DNA of 63,230 bases, the filler included, from Octopus bimaculoides (lineage: Eukaryota): NCBI RefSeq assembly GCF_001194135.2. It is 6 parts of 5 records of this genome, joined end to end, with 100 filler letters (N's around TTAATTAATTAA, not from the genome) between each part and the next. Parts side by side here need not be neighbours in the genome. Positions count along the whole stretch, not along the records: positions 1 to 29,421 come from NC_068984.1; 5 more parts are not named here. The stretch is one strand, 5' to 3'. Below are positions 11,099 through 22,392 of this stretch, piece by piece (the stretch's first letter is position 1; each line of letters starts with the position of its first letter). Below the pieces are notes generated by a model. The model did not search any database, had not been told where the DNA came from, and saw only the letters and a list, made by a program, of their open reading frames with translations. Position numbers and translations under genes: made by a program.

Positions 11099-12516
11099 TT
11101 TGAGAGGTTTTTCCTACTATTGATTTCAGTTTGGGATGCAAAAGTTACAACCTATCAAATATTAAAATATAAAGAGTGAGTTAGCATTTTATATTTATGT
11201 ATAACCTATAGAGTGTATAAATGTATATCTCAAGGACATGCTATCTGAATAGGCAAGGTAGTTATTTAAGTATAAAAAGTAAGTGAATTTCAATTCATTC
11301 TAAAGATGCAAATTCATTATATGAATTCAGTGTATATTTCCATAAATGGCTAATATTTTATTATCAGAAAGACACAATTTTTTTCTACCTTCTAAATTAA
11401 ATTAATATACAAGGCATAACACATGTATAATTGCTATGAGCCAGAAATAAACGAGCATGTGTGTTTACATTATATTTACCTGTGTAAATTTATGAGGGAC
11501 ATTTTTATTCCATTAGAGCATACAAAATAGTAATAAGGAATATGTGTATGCAAGCATGTATTGCATCATATAAATGTGAGAACTTAAATCCCATTGATGA
11601 GTGAAAATATTTACTTCATAGAGGATACAACACAACATAGATATAGTAAGCTACTATTCCTTTCATTTATGTTCTTAAGTTATTTGAAGCTCAAGAAACC
11701 TAGTTTCAAACACTTCAGACTTGACTGAAAACAAAAGTAATATGAAAAAAAGATAAGGGAAAATGAAGTTATACTGATTATATAATGAAAGAGCTTCCCA
11801 CTGATACTATTTTCAATATAGCTTTCTTCTAATAGTATCAGCTTTTGAGCATACATATACAAGTATATGAGCTTGAGCTGGTATATATCACTTTTCTATC
11901 TGTCTGACTTTAATGTGAATATAACAAATACCTGACATTATATTGGTTTGGAGTTTTAGATATGTAGAAAGATTGTTTACAAAAAGATGGTTGTTATATA
12001 CACAGCCAATATCCACACCTTAACTCAATCTTTCAATTTAACAAATTTAAAACTTTATCTTATCCAACTATCTATCTAGCTATTGGGCTGTAAATGTGTG
12101 TTATTCATTGTTTGTATATGCCTGTTTCAGTTGCTGAAGATAAGCAGGATAATTGCTACGGTTATCTTATTGAGGCAGAAATGTGTTCACTACTCTCCTC
12201 TTGCCTCAAGACTCACATTTTTGGAATTCTTGATTCCCTTACTCATTTAGAGTTGGTACCAACTGCCACCAAATAATAAAGTTCGTGTTCTCTAGAAGCA
12301 GACTTAATTTCAATAAATTAAGAATTTATTGGGTAGGTAATTTAATATAACATTATTTGTCTTTGTTATTCAAATACATGTCACTGCCCATTCTGAGTTG
12401 TTTTTTACATACATATTTATACAAATATATACACAAATATACATACATACATACATATATATACACACACACACGTATAAAGAGAGAGAAAGCAATCATA
12501 TATTATATTATATTAT

Positions 12517-12975
12517 TGGCACCTGTACCAGTGGAGCACTAAGAGCACCGTCTGAGCATGTTCATTGCCAGAGCAGCTGTCTGGATTCTGTCCCAGCGGC
12601 ACATAAATAGTACCATTTGAGCGTGATCATTACCAGTGTCACCTTACTGGCACTTGTGCCGGTGGCACATGAAAAAACATTCAAGCAAGGTCGTTGCCAG
12701 TGCCACTGGACTGGCTCCTATGCAGGTGGCACATAAAATACACCATTTTGAGCGTGGCCATTGCCAGTACCGCCTGACTGGCCTTCGTGCCGGTGGCATG
12801 TAAAAGCACCCACTACACTCTCGGAGTGGTTGGCTTTAGGAAGGGCATTCAGCTATAGAAACTCTGCCAAATCAGATTGGAGCCTGGTGTAGCCATCTGG
12901 TTCGCCAGCCCTCAATCAAATCATCCAACCCATGCTAGCATGGAAGGCAGACGTTAAACAATGATAATGATGATG
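12517..12975 (+). mobile_element. Abundant interspersed repeat with RTE-like tail ending in (GAT)n
   Basis: Shares the core GCACCCACTACACTCTCGGAGTGGTTGGC...AGGAAGGGCA...CCAACCCATGCTAGCATGGAA...ACGTTAAAC with the copies at 22781, 29522, 35395 and 39310. Confidence 0.85.
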
Positions 12976-13818
12976 CTGATTATATTATATTATGTGTAGT
13001 CAAGTAGGATATCCCAAAGTATAACAATATCTGTTTCAACACGATTTCACATCAAGAATATTGCAAAACAAATACATAAACATGTGTGTGTATACTGTCT
13101 GTCTGTCATCATCATCATCATCATCATCATCATTTAACATCCGCCCTTCATGCTGGTAGGATTTTTACAACTGGATACCCTTCCTAACACAAACCACCAA
13201 ACAGAGTGGACTTAGAGCTTTTTACATGGCACAAGTACAAGTGAGGTCGGTTTTGGTAAGGTTTTTACAGCTGGATGCCCTTCCAAATGCCAACCACTTT
13301 ACAGAATGGACTATATGCTTTTTAAGGGAAACTGAAATTCTTATATAATATTAAAATTGTAATGGCTGGAGAAATGCATGCTTTTAGTAAAGAATGATAA
13401 ATTCACTTACGAGTCTAGAAAATTAATTATAGTTTACTTAAAAGAAATATTACAAATATATAATGCAAGACAATTTTAACATGGCCTATTCTAATTTTTA
13501 TTTCAACCCTCATAGATTAATAAAAATTAGACCAATATTGATTTGTAACATAGACACAATGCCTGTATCTATTAAATTAATCCAAATACTTATTTTATCT
13601 ACCCAAGGAGGATGAAAAGCTCTTGATGGGATTTGAACTCAGTATATAAAATGATAATAAATAAGGAACTTATTGTACACAAAGCTTAGGTTCACCACAT
13701 ATTGCTCTATCTATTTTGTCAACATCCAAATCACATTCACTTTTCAAATAAACATTACACCAAAAAGTTTGGAGGAATGGATCAGTTGATTATATTAATC
13801 CCAGGATTGGACTAGTAT

Positions 13819-13833
13819 ATAATAATAATAATG

Positions 13834-13873
<40 letters not shown>

Positions 13874-13885
13874 TAATTATAATAA
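13819..13885 (+). repeat. (AAT)n microsatellite, probable R4/Dong target site
   Basis: Direct AAT repeats abutting a 5'-truncated R4-like copy. Confidence 0.85.
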
Positions 13886-14290
13886 TTGGTGGTGGACAAG
13901 GTGCACCACATATGCTATTTAGTTGATATTGCATGCCCCTTTGACTCATGAATAGTCAAGAAGGAAGGTGCAAAGATAGATAAATACAACCCTCTTAAAT
14001 ACGAAATAATCCGGCTATGGAAAATGAAGGTGAAGATAGTGTAAATTATTGTTGGGTCCTTGGGAACAGTATCAGAAGGCATCAAGGGGAATATAAAGGA
14101 AATTGGAATAGAGTGTCCAGTAGAACTGTTACAAAAAGTTTGCCTCTTTGGCATGGCCAGAATAATCTGGAAAGTATTAGATAGCTGAAAAGAACAGATA
14201 GCATGGTACCGTAGGCTGCAGGTAGCAAGCCTGCTATGCATGCAAGACTCCAGGAGCTCCAACAAAACCTGTGATAAAGAGAAATAATAA
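13886..14290 (+). mobile_element. R4/Dong-like non-LTR retrotransposon, 3' end (RLE domain and 3' UTR)
   Basis: Plus frame LVDIACPFDS*IVKKEGAKIDKYNPLKYEIIRLWKMKVKIV*IIVGSLGTV...LLQKVCLFGMARIIWKVL, ending in AATAATAAT. Confidence 0.85.
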
Positions 14291-14294
14291 TGTT

Positions 14295-15310
14295 AATTAT
14301 TAGAATCTGATAGAATACTAACTATAGAAATGAAAAGGAAAATTGAGAAATAGTACATCAGAAGGGTGAGGAAGCTAATGAAGTCAGAGCTAAATAGTCT
14401 GAATCTAGTGAAGGCTACAATTCTTGGGAAGTGTCATTACTTAGATTCTCAGCAGCTTTTGTAGATTGGACAAAAACTGAATTACCAAAGCTAGACAGAA
14501 GAACTAGGAAGGAATTCAATATGAATGGAGGACTCCACACAAGGTCAGGATTATACTTACCAAGATTATACTTACCTAGTAAGATTATACTTACCTAGAA
14601 AGGAAGGCGGAAGAGGGTTAATATCAGTAGAAGACTGTGTGGAGTTAGCTAGAGTAGATATAGACTCCTATGTAGGTAATAGTGAAGAAAATTTATTAAA
14701 AGCTGCTAGAGACATAGGGAAGCCAAAAACCAAATGAGGTTAAAAACCAGAAAAAAGAACAGAAGTTATCTGACTAGCAGAAGAAGGCTTTGCACGATAT
14801 ATTCCCAAATACAGTTGCAGCAAATAGTAGTAGTGAGACATGGATATGGTTGCAGAAAAGAAGGCTGTAAAGGGAGACAGAAAGTTTGTTAGTAGCAGCA
14901 TAAGATCAAGTATTAAGGACTAATTGGATAAAAGCCAAGATAGACAAAAAACAAGCAGATTCCCAATGTAGGCTATGCAAATCAAAAGAGGAATGCATTA
15001 CTCATATAGTAAGTGAATGTAGCATGCTGGCACAGAAAGAATATAAGAAAAGACATGACAACCTAGAGAGAGTAATCCACTGGGAGTTATGTAGAAAGCT
15101 AGGATACTGATAAATGGTATGAACATGAACTTAGTAAAGTACTAGAAAATAAGAAATATAAGATGTTGTGAGACTTTAACATTCAGACTGACAGAGTAAT
15201 AGAAAGGCAGTGCCAGATAGATGACTTTACAGCCCCAAATGATGAAAAAATCAATATGAGAGGTATAGTAAAAATAGCAAAGTACCAGGACCTAGCTATT
15301 GAATTACAGG
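14295..15310 (+). mobile_element. Second R4/Dong-like copy (RT C-terminus, CCHC finger, start of RLE)
   Basis: RLYLPRKEGGRGLISVED, CRLCKSKEECITHIVSEC...KRHD, DFNIQTDRVIE and AKYQDLAIELQ motifs, with stops. Confidence 0.85.
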
Positions 15311-16060
15311 GGTTTTTAAAGCATTTGTATGGTACTGATACTTCAAATGCAGCCCAGATTGAATTGAGGATGTTCTGAAGTGCAGTATTGACATCCCCAG
15401 AATTGTAAAATTCAGACCAATTTGGGTGTTGTAACTCTGTATGGTAACAGTTCCAGTCTGCTTTTTTCCAATCTAAGAGAGCAGTTTTGGAGGTGATGAG
15501 GCTTCCTGTTTCTGCCCATAAGATTGGCAATGATCATAGCATGATCAGACTCACATAAAGGTTCCTTGGTAGTGACACCGATAACCATTTCTGGAGTAGT
15601 GGTAAAGAGCATGTCCAAAGGTTTGTTACCTCTTGTGAGGGAGGTGACTACTTGGGTCCAGCTTGAATCTAGCACTACATCAAGGAAATCATTAGCACTT
15701 TGCAGTCAACAAAATATTTCCCAATGAAAACATAAGTGGCTGTTTTTCTAGATGTAGCTTTGAGGATGTCAAAACGCTGTGTGTCTTGATAATTTGGTAG
15801 GCAGTAAACAACTCCAAGTACCAGTGGTGACATATTTATGCATATATCACAATAAAATAACTCTTGTAATTGATTCAAATTATCACAAGGAATTGCTGAA
15901 AAGTATGATGGAATATAGGCCTTCACACCACCCCCACAACAATTAACTCAATCTTTGCGAAACAGGTTGTAACCAGCTAAAAACACCATCGCAAAGTAAA
16001 GAGTGCACCCATGTTTCTGTGACTGTGATGAAATCATGTTTGAAAGTTTTGATGTAAGAG
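15311..16060 (-). mobile_element. LINE AP-endonuclease region remnant (CR1/L2-like)
   Basis: Minus-strand motifs DFITVTETW, GYNLFRKD (after a frameshift), LGVVYCLPN and TRGNKPLDMLFT...SDHAMI. Confidence 0.8.
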
Positions 16061-16061
16061 T

Positions 16062-16420
16062 TGTAGTGGCATGAAATTATGGCCGCCATTTTAGGAAGTG
16101 CGATCTACGCATGCGCAAGGGACTTGCCTTCCCGGAAGCCCCTCGAGTGCGCATGCGTAATAAACCAGTATTTAAAGCCTTTTGCGTGTTTATTCGACAA
16201 CTCTCTCACTTTGCCTCAGAGCTGTGGTAGACTCAACAACTTGGTGAGATCCACTCCGTCAACTCTACTGGGATGACTTAACCAACCTTTTGACTTCACC
16301 TATGCTGACTACACACCAACCCAGAGGCGACCCTGCTAGCAGATACCACATTATGTAAAGCCAAACAACCAAAAGAATAAAATTTATTTATTATGATGTT
16401 ATTCGTTAACCTTGGCATTT
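16062..16420 (+). promoter_or_regulatory. Promoter-motif cluster, possibly a solo LTR
   Basis: GGCCGCCATTTT (YY1-like, 16081-16092); TACGCATGCGCA (16106-16117) and its inverse TGCGCATGCGTA (16148-16159), both NRF1-like; CCGGAAG at 16132-16138; TATTTAAAG near 16169; AATAAA near 16376; begins TGTAGT. Confidence 0.45.
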
Positions 16421-16769
16421 GTTCTTTTTTTCATCATAGATTTATTTGTATGGGATAGAGAAAGACTAATGTCTCTGTCACTATTACGATTACACCGAGA
16501 CCTATAACATTATAGAGTCAAAGAGGTGGATCTTGATGCATAAACTTCAGGCATTTAAGGACAGTAATTTGAATCTGGATTTAAGCCTATCATGATGATA
16601 TATAGGGGATGGTGGATTGTTCTTGTTTAGTTTCCCAGAGTTTTTTCATTGTAGCCTATTGTGGAGATACTATCCACAGACAAGCTAGTATTTCACAAGA
16701 CTTAAATTTCAATTTTAGTCTGTTATTGTGGATGAAAGACAATATCATACTTATAACGTCACAGACTTT

Positions 16770-16975
16770 TACCAAAATACTCTCTCTCTCTCTCTCTCTC
16801 TCACTCTCTCACTCACTCACTCACTCACTCACTCACACACACACACACACACACACAGAGGAGGTGGAGTTCTTTTAATTTCTGTCTACGAAATCCACTC
16901 GCAAGGTTTTGTTCGACCCAGGGCTTTAGTTAAAGACACCTTTCCAAGGTGTCACACAGTGAAACTGAACTTCAA
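16770..16975 (-). mobile_element. SINE fragment (family of the 31850 copy) with CT/CA microsatellite
   Basis: Reverse complement matches CTTGG...GTCTT...CCAAAGCCTTGTGAGTG...GTAGACGGAAA of the 31850 copy. Confidence 0.6.
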
Positions 16976-17789
16976 ATTTTCAAAATTACTTTATAAATTT
17001 TAGTTTATATTTTTTTACTGAAATATTTACCTCATAACAAGAGAAATACGCATTCAAAGAACTTTTCTGAGCAAAGTAAAACAGAAAATGATGGAGAAGA
17101 AGGAAATTATTTGAAACATGAAAAAAATATTACTTTTGCCGACATAATCGCAATCTAGACCAACTTATCTTTATCCAAAGATAAATTAATCTTTAGATTA
17201 TTTCATTTCAAAAATATGCATTTTTAATGAAGTTACGAGGAAATAAATTCAAGTAGGTGTAAACACGTCCGAACTTTGATGCTCTAACGATATTGAAATA
17301 TAAGAGATGTTTACATTTTAATAAAAAATGTTTGAATTAAAAAAAAAAAACGTTTTTATAAAAGGTACTCAAAGCGAAACGGGAAAATGAAAATGTTATC
17401 TTTTCATTCTCTTATGCATGTTTTCTCTATATCAGCATCGTCGTTCAATTCTAGGTTTTTTAGTAATCAATCTAATTTAATTAACATAATACTAAATGAA
17501 AGGAAAGAATTTTATTACACAAATATAGACATGTTTCAGAAGTTTACCCAGACTTTGATTTTAAAATATCATACAATGTAATATATATTAGTAATCTTTA
17601 CAAGAAAAATATTAGATACCTCACACTTCTTTTGGAAATATTCTTAATGTCAAGAATACGAAATACGTAAATTTTAAATCATGTAACTGGATTCAAGATT
17701 AAAAAGAAATTTGGGTTAGATAAAAAAAAAACATCTGCTCGATTAACAGTAATAAGTAATACTTGATAGTTGTAAAAAAAAATGTTAAG

Positions 17790-18026
17790 ACAAGCTTTGA
17801 AGTAAAATATGGGCAGGTTTTATGACGTCAAAATCCTGTAATAAATAATTGGAAAGATCTAAGAAACAGTTTGTCATAATCTTATCTTATCCAATAATGT
17901 CCTATCAAAGTAATTCGTTTAATGATCTTTATTACCGCTAAAATAATTTTCTCGGGTATGTTGTTATGCATGCTAAAATATTCGGAGCGCATCAGAAAAA
18001 AACTACGTTCAGAATCGGAGGTGCAC
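17790..18026 (+). mobile_element. Helitron Rep-region remnant, left part
   Basis: Translation NSFNDL...MHAKI...RKKLRSESEVH resembles the Helitron segment YAKIESERL...QKKLRSEEY(I)HL. It continues after the nested insertions at 19870. Confidence 0.55.
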
Positions 18027-18199
18027 TTATTTATTTATTGCCCACAAGGGACTAAACATAGAGAGGACAAACAAGGACAGACAAAGGGATTAAGTCGATT
18101 ACATCGACCTCAGTACTTAATTTATCGACTCCGAAAAGATGAAAGGCAAAGTCGACCTCGGCGGAATTTGAACTCAGAACGTAACGGCAGACGAAATAC
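18027..18199 (-). mobile_element. tRNA-derived SINE, 3' part (split by the insertion at 18200-19818)
   Basis: Minus strand has a B-box-like GTTCTGAGTTCAAATTCCGCC, core GAGGTCGACTTTGCCTTTCATC and a tail ending CAATAAATAAATAA. The 5' part is at 19819-19869. Confidence 0.85.
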
Positions 18200-19818
18200 C
18201 GATTTCTTTATTGTCCACCAGGGGCCAACATAGACGGTACAAACAATATTGAGGAACTAAAATTATAAAACGGAGGCATAAAGAAAGAAATAAAATTAAA
18301 AGAAACGAATGAATCATGAAAAAGATGATATAATGAGGTGGAATGCCCACTCGACCCCCGAAGTCGAGTGGTTACATTGAAACCGTTTTGCCGTTCAGTC
18401 ATATATATCTAAAATCCAGCAGTTCAATACCATAGTCTTTTTTTAATTCGGTATAACAAGTCTGTTTTGGCAATTTCTGTCTATCCCCGATCACCTTCCA
18501 CAACTCAATACCTTTATCATTCTTTTTAACTATTTCCATTTGTGCCTTATTTAACAATTAGCATATCATAGTCTCACCATCTTCACCCCAGAATTCCAGT
18601 TCAACCACATCCTTCCACTCGTTCACCCGGTTTACAATCCTTCACGTCCACATACAGAACGCAAGCAAAACAAACAGGGGGAGGGGGAACCATATCTACA
18701 TCATGTGTGCTTGCATTTCTTTTCTGTTTTGTTGTTGGAGGGGAATAGGTAGGTTTGGTGTCTGCATGGGGAGGGTGTGGTGAAAAGGGAGAGGGTGGGT
18801 TGGGGTTCACAAGTACTTTCCTTTTTTTCTTCTTTTTTTTTTCTCCTCCGGGCTATTTCCCATTCCCTATCTTCTAATACTGGAGTTTCTTTTTCTACTT
18901 CTTGTATCCTCTCTTCTGGTGTTGGCTGTCGCTCTTCTACCATTTTGGGTGGTGGAGGGCAGTTCACTCTTATGTGGCCTTTCTGGCCACATTTAAAACA
19001 GCGAGGAATCCTGCCCTCCACCCACACTTTTAAGCTCAAATCACCAATCCATAGGTTTTCTGCTAATCCTTCCAACATCTTCATACTAGCCTGCACAGTC
19101 ATTTCAATAATCTTTCCTTTCCATACTGTACCATCTGTCACTTCAGCTTGTAAAACCGTGACTTCCTTCACCTTTTCTATGAGGAGGGCCGCCACAACCC
19201 AAGCCTCATCAATTTCTGGTAGAACCCCTTCAACTTTTATTTTTGCTATCCTCTTACCCATATAAGACTGTCTTATCAGTTTTTTTAATATTTTGGCTGC
19301 ATTGGCTACTGCTTTACTGTTCTATAATGCACATTTCCAGTTCCATATTTGCTTCCTCTGGCCAGATAGATGATATCTGGCCAGACCACCACTAGTGCCT
19401 TATCAATCTCACTTTCCTCCACATGATCCACTCTCCTTTTCTCTACGGAGTATACCTGGTATACTACCGTCTTCCTTTGCATCTCCTCCATTTTAGCCTG
19501 AGGTGGGGAAAGCCTTACGTCATTCCCCACCCTTACTGCCATTTTACAGTCCTCTTTTAAGTTCATTAAATTCACTGACCTTTGCTGCCTCTGCAAAGCT
19601 TTTTCTTTTAAATTTTCATCCATCCTTTTGATAGCCCTGACCTGTTCCTCCTCTAAAGAGGACAATTCTGTTTCACTGGGGTCCAAACATATATGACTTC
19701 CACTCGCTATCTCTCAGTATCACTGAGAGACAGCACAGCAACTCAAAAACCGCTGCAAACACAGCACAAACAAATACACAATATAGTCAAACAAACAAGC
19801 TTGTACAACTCACAGAGG
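18200..19818 (-). mobile_element. ORF1-only (gag-like, CCHC knuckle) L1/Tx1-type non-autonomous retroelement
   Basis: ORF pieces 19306-19686 and 18701-19261, including VWVEGRIPRCFKCGQKGHIRVNCP. No endonuclease or RT between ORF1 and the tail. Flanked by a CGAAATAC direct repeat (18192-18199 and 19819-19826). Confidence 0.75.
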
Positions 19819-19869
19819 CGAAATACTGCCAAGTATTTCGCCTGACGTGCTAACGTTTCTGCCAGCTCG
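19819..19869 (-). mobile_element. tRNA-derived SINE, 5' part
   Basis: Reverse complement CGAGCTGGCAGAAACGTTAGCACGTCAGGCGAAATACTTGG is an A-box-containing head that joins the 18027-18199 part. Confidence 0.8.
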
Positions 19870-20045
19870 AAATTATATTAATAATGATACAACTGGGATA
19901 GAGCTTGGGCAGCTTTGTATTTTCCCATCCAGTTTTACAAGAAAACCAAGATATACGTATAAGAAAATACACGATACCATGACTTGCCTGTAATTATGGA
20001 CGTCCTGCTATTTTCATCACTTTTACTTGCAATGCTAAAGGAAAC
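19870..20045 (+). mobile_element. Helitron Rep-region remnant, right part
   Basis: INNDTTGIELGQLCIFPSSFTRKPRY...NYGRPAIFITFTCN matches the Helitron Rep motif ILPSSFTGSPRYM...YGRPDLFITFTCN. Confidence 0.8.
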
Positions 20046-20239
20046 GGAAACATATATGAAATTTTTATTTTCATATATAACATAAACATCTACATCTTTT
20101 AGAACATTGTTATTTTATAAAATTTTGCTGGCAAATTTTTAAATTAACGTAAACATTTATTTACATGAAAGAATATTACAGGAGAACTTCCGTCTTATTC
20201 TTCCAAATCTTTCTCTTAAAACTGTATTGAAACCATTTG

Positions 20240-21300
20240 TGGGTTTTTTTTTTTATCACAGCAACTTGTCGCACACCACAAGGTTTAACAGAACCTTCTG
20301 AAGCAAGCCAGCACACTCGCAACATTGCCATGGGCGATGGTGAGGCTAAGGTGTTGGGAAAGCCAAGCACCCTCACAGGCATCGCCTGACACCTCGGTTA
20401 GTGGCCCAGTCCCTCCAAACATCTCCAACGCCACAGGTTGGAAGAGATAGTTCACTGTCAGGTTCTGATACTTCAGGGTTTTCTTCCGTTGGGCTACAGA
20501 AGCATTAACTGAAGCATCCAGGGTGTGGGAGGGAGCAAAGGAGTTGCAGACTGTGGTATCCCAAATGAAGCCCCTACCTCTAACCCAGGGACAGAGGATA
20601 AGACCAACTGGTCTCTTTGCATCACTTCTGGATAACCCTGATGGCTCCAGAACTGAGGGGATATTAATCCGAGCCAGTGTCTGCTTAATGATTAGGTTTA
20701 GCTCGGTGTGGTGAGTGAAGCAACCAGAATTTAGGTGGCAACACAGACTGTGAAGACCTGTGGGGTCAAGAGGCCTACTACAGTGGCATCTCAGTCCCCT
20801 GCAGACGTCAGCTCCCACTTTGAGTGCGATGGAGGTGCAGAGTTCATCTAGACTGAGTAGACTTCCAATGTTGGCCACAAACAGTCCCCTGAGAATTTTG
20901 CACTAGCTGAAAGTAGGCAACACCTTGAAAATTGATCAGATTGATCAAGGAGAGAGTTGAAAGTGGCATCTGAACATAGATTGTCCTATACTCTCTGTTT
21001 CCGTCTGTCCTCCACTGTAACTGGAATTGACAAACCCATCTCTCTCCACTGTGATAGAGCTTCATCCATCTCCCTGTTGGAATTAGTCCATGTTGGAGAA
21101 GAGAGGATGTTGCCTACCAAGCATAGATGGAGGAAAGAAAACAGGGAAGAGGTAAAGGCAAGCACTTGTGCAGACTTAGATCCCAAACCATTTGAGCAAA
21201 GCAGCTTGGTCACGGGAGTCTGGGGAGAGTTTGACATTGACCAAATATTCAAGTTTCCTGAAGATTAGGTCATCAAAGTATTGGAGGGATGACAGGAATC
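20240..21300 (-). mobile_element. CRE-clade non-LTR retrotransposon 3' part (RT thumb, zinc finger, RLE)
   Basis: ORF 20285-20878 contains CHCSRPLDPTGLHSLCC...HHTELN and KRPVGLILCPWVRGRGFIWDTTV...FQPVALEMFG. Confidence 0.85.
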
Positions 21301-21569
21301 TGTAAGAGGGACTAACTCTCAGAAAATACAATAGCTTAGGAATTGACAAGTAATTCCTAAGTATAAAAAACCTTGGTGGGGCTCAACTACCTCAAGGTTT
21401 TTTAAAAGTTGTTCAAGGTTAGCCATTTTGTATCTAAAGATGGACTCAAAAGTTAAGTCAGTAATTGGGGCTCTAATGGAGCACCACGCTGATGAAGGCG
21501 GAATCACGATTGAGGGAAGGGAGTCAATAAATAGTTTAGTAGTCTGCTCATGCAAAGCTGGGTGGTTAA

Positions 21570-22050
21570 GGAGTCAGAGCTCACATTTGGGATGTGGGAG
21601 GGAGCAAAGGAGTTGCAGACTGTGGCATCCCAAATGAGGCACTTACCTCTAACCTAGGGACAGAGGGTAAGAACATCTGGTCTCTTTCCATCACTTCTGG
21701 ATAACCCCCGATGGCTTCAGAACTGAGGGGATACTGAGCCAGGGTCTGCTTAATGATTAAGTTTAGCTTGGTAGGCAACGTCCTCTCCTCTCCAGCATGG
21801 ACTTATTCCAACAGGGAGATGGATGAAGCTCTATCACAGTAGAGAGAGCTGGGTTTGTCAGTTCCAGTTACAGTGGAGGACAGGCGGAAACAGAGAGTAT
21901 GGGACAATCTGTGTTCAGGTGCCACTTTCAACTCTCTCCTTGATTTAGGACTGTTAACACTACGACCTCTATGACCAAGTTCCTTGATCATTAGCTTCAC
22001 AGTTGCAAGCACCTTGTCAGGAGGGCCTCCCAAAAAAAGCATCATTGAGG
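21570..22050 (-). mobile_element. Rearranged second CRE-like copy with an internally inverted segment
   Basis: 21595-21770 duplicates 20520-20705. 21770-21945 is the reverse complement of 20945-21120. 21945-22050 encodes RT-like LGGPPDKVLATVK on the minus strand. Confidence 0.75.
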
Positions 22051-22139
22051 TACCAGATATTTATGTCAGCTACCATCTAGGTGGAACTTTTTAAAACACA
22101 ATGACACACTGACAGACATAAATAAATTGCAAGAGTTTT

Positions 22140-22390
22140 TCATTTCAGTAGTGGATCTTGCAGGCATGATGTAGATTTGATCCTAGATAACCAAATTTAA
22201 ATTAACACTTCAAAAGCACTTTTCTCATGGTAAAACAATAGTTTTTCTATGACAGCAGTTTACATTTGCCAAATGCCTTAGCTAAGCGAAATAATGTTTT
22301 TGCCACTTGACCCTCCTATCCTCTTGTATTTCACCAAAAGCTAGAATTAAGATAACAAGTACCACAAACGAAATCTATTGTTCTCAACGA
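22140..22390 (-). mobile_element. Possible Helitron PIF1-helicase remnant
   Basis: Degenerate minus-strand reading CKLLS*KNYCFTMRKVLLK / HEKSAFEVL resembles CKLIVWDECTMSHKSAFEAL. Confidence 0.35.
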
Positions 22391-22392
22391 TA

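Noticed and set aside
14545-14597. Three copies of AGATTATACTTACC
   Set aside because: Local slippage inside a dead R4 element, with no spacers; not CRISPR-like.
16609-16878. ORF containing VAYCGDTIH, superficially like VCGYCGEIY of the CxxC protein
   Set aside because: No second Cys and no further alignment; the ORF runs into a microsatellite and SINE. Treated as chance similarity.
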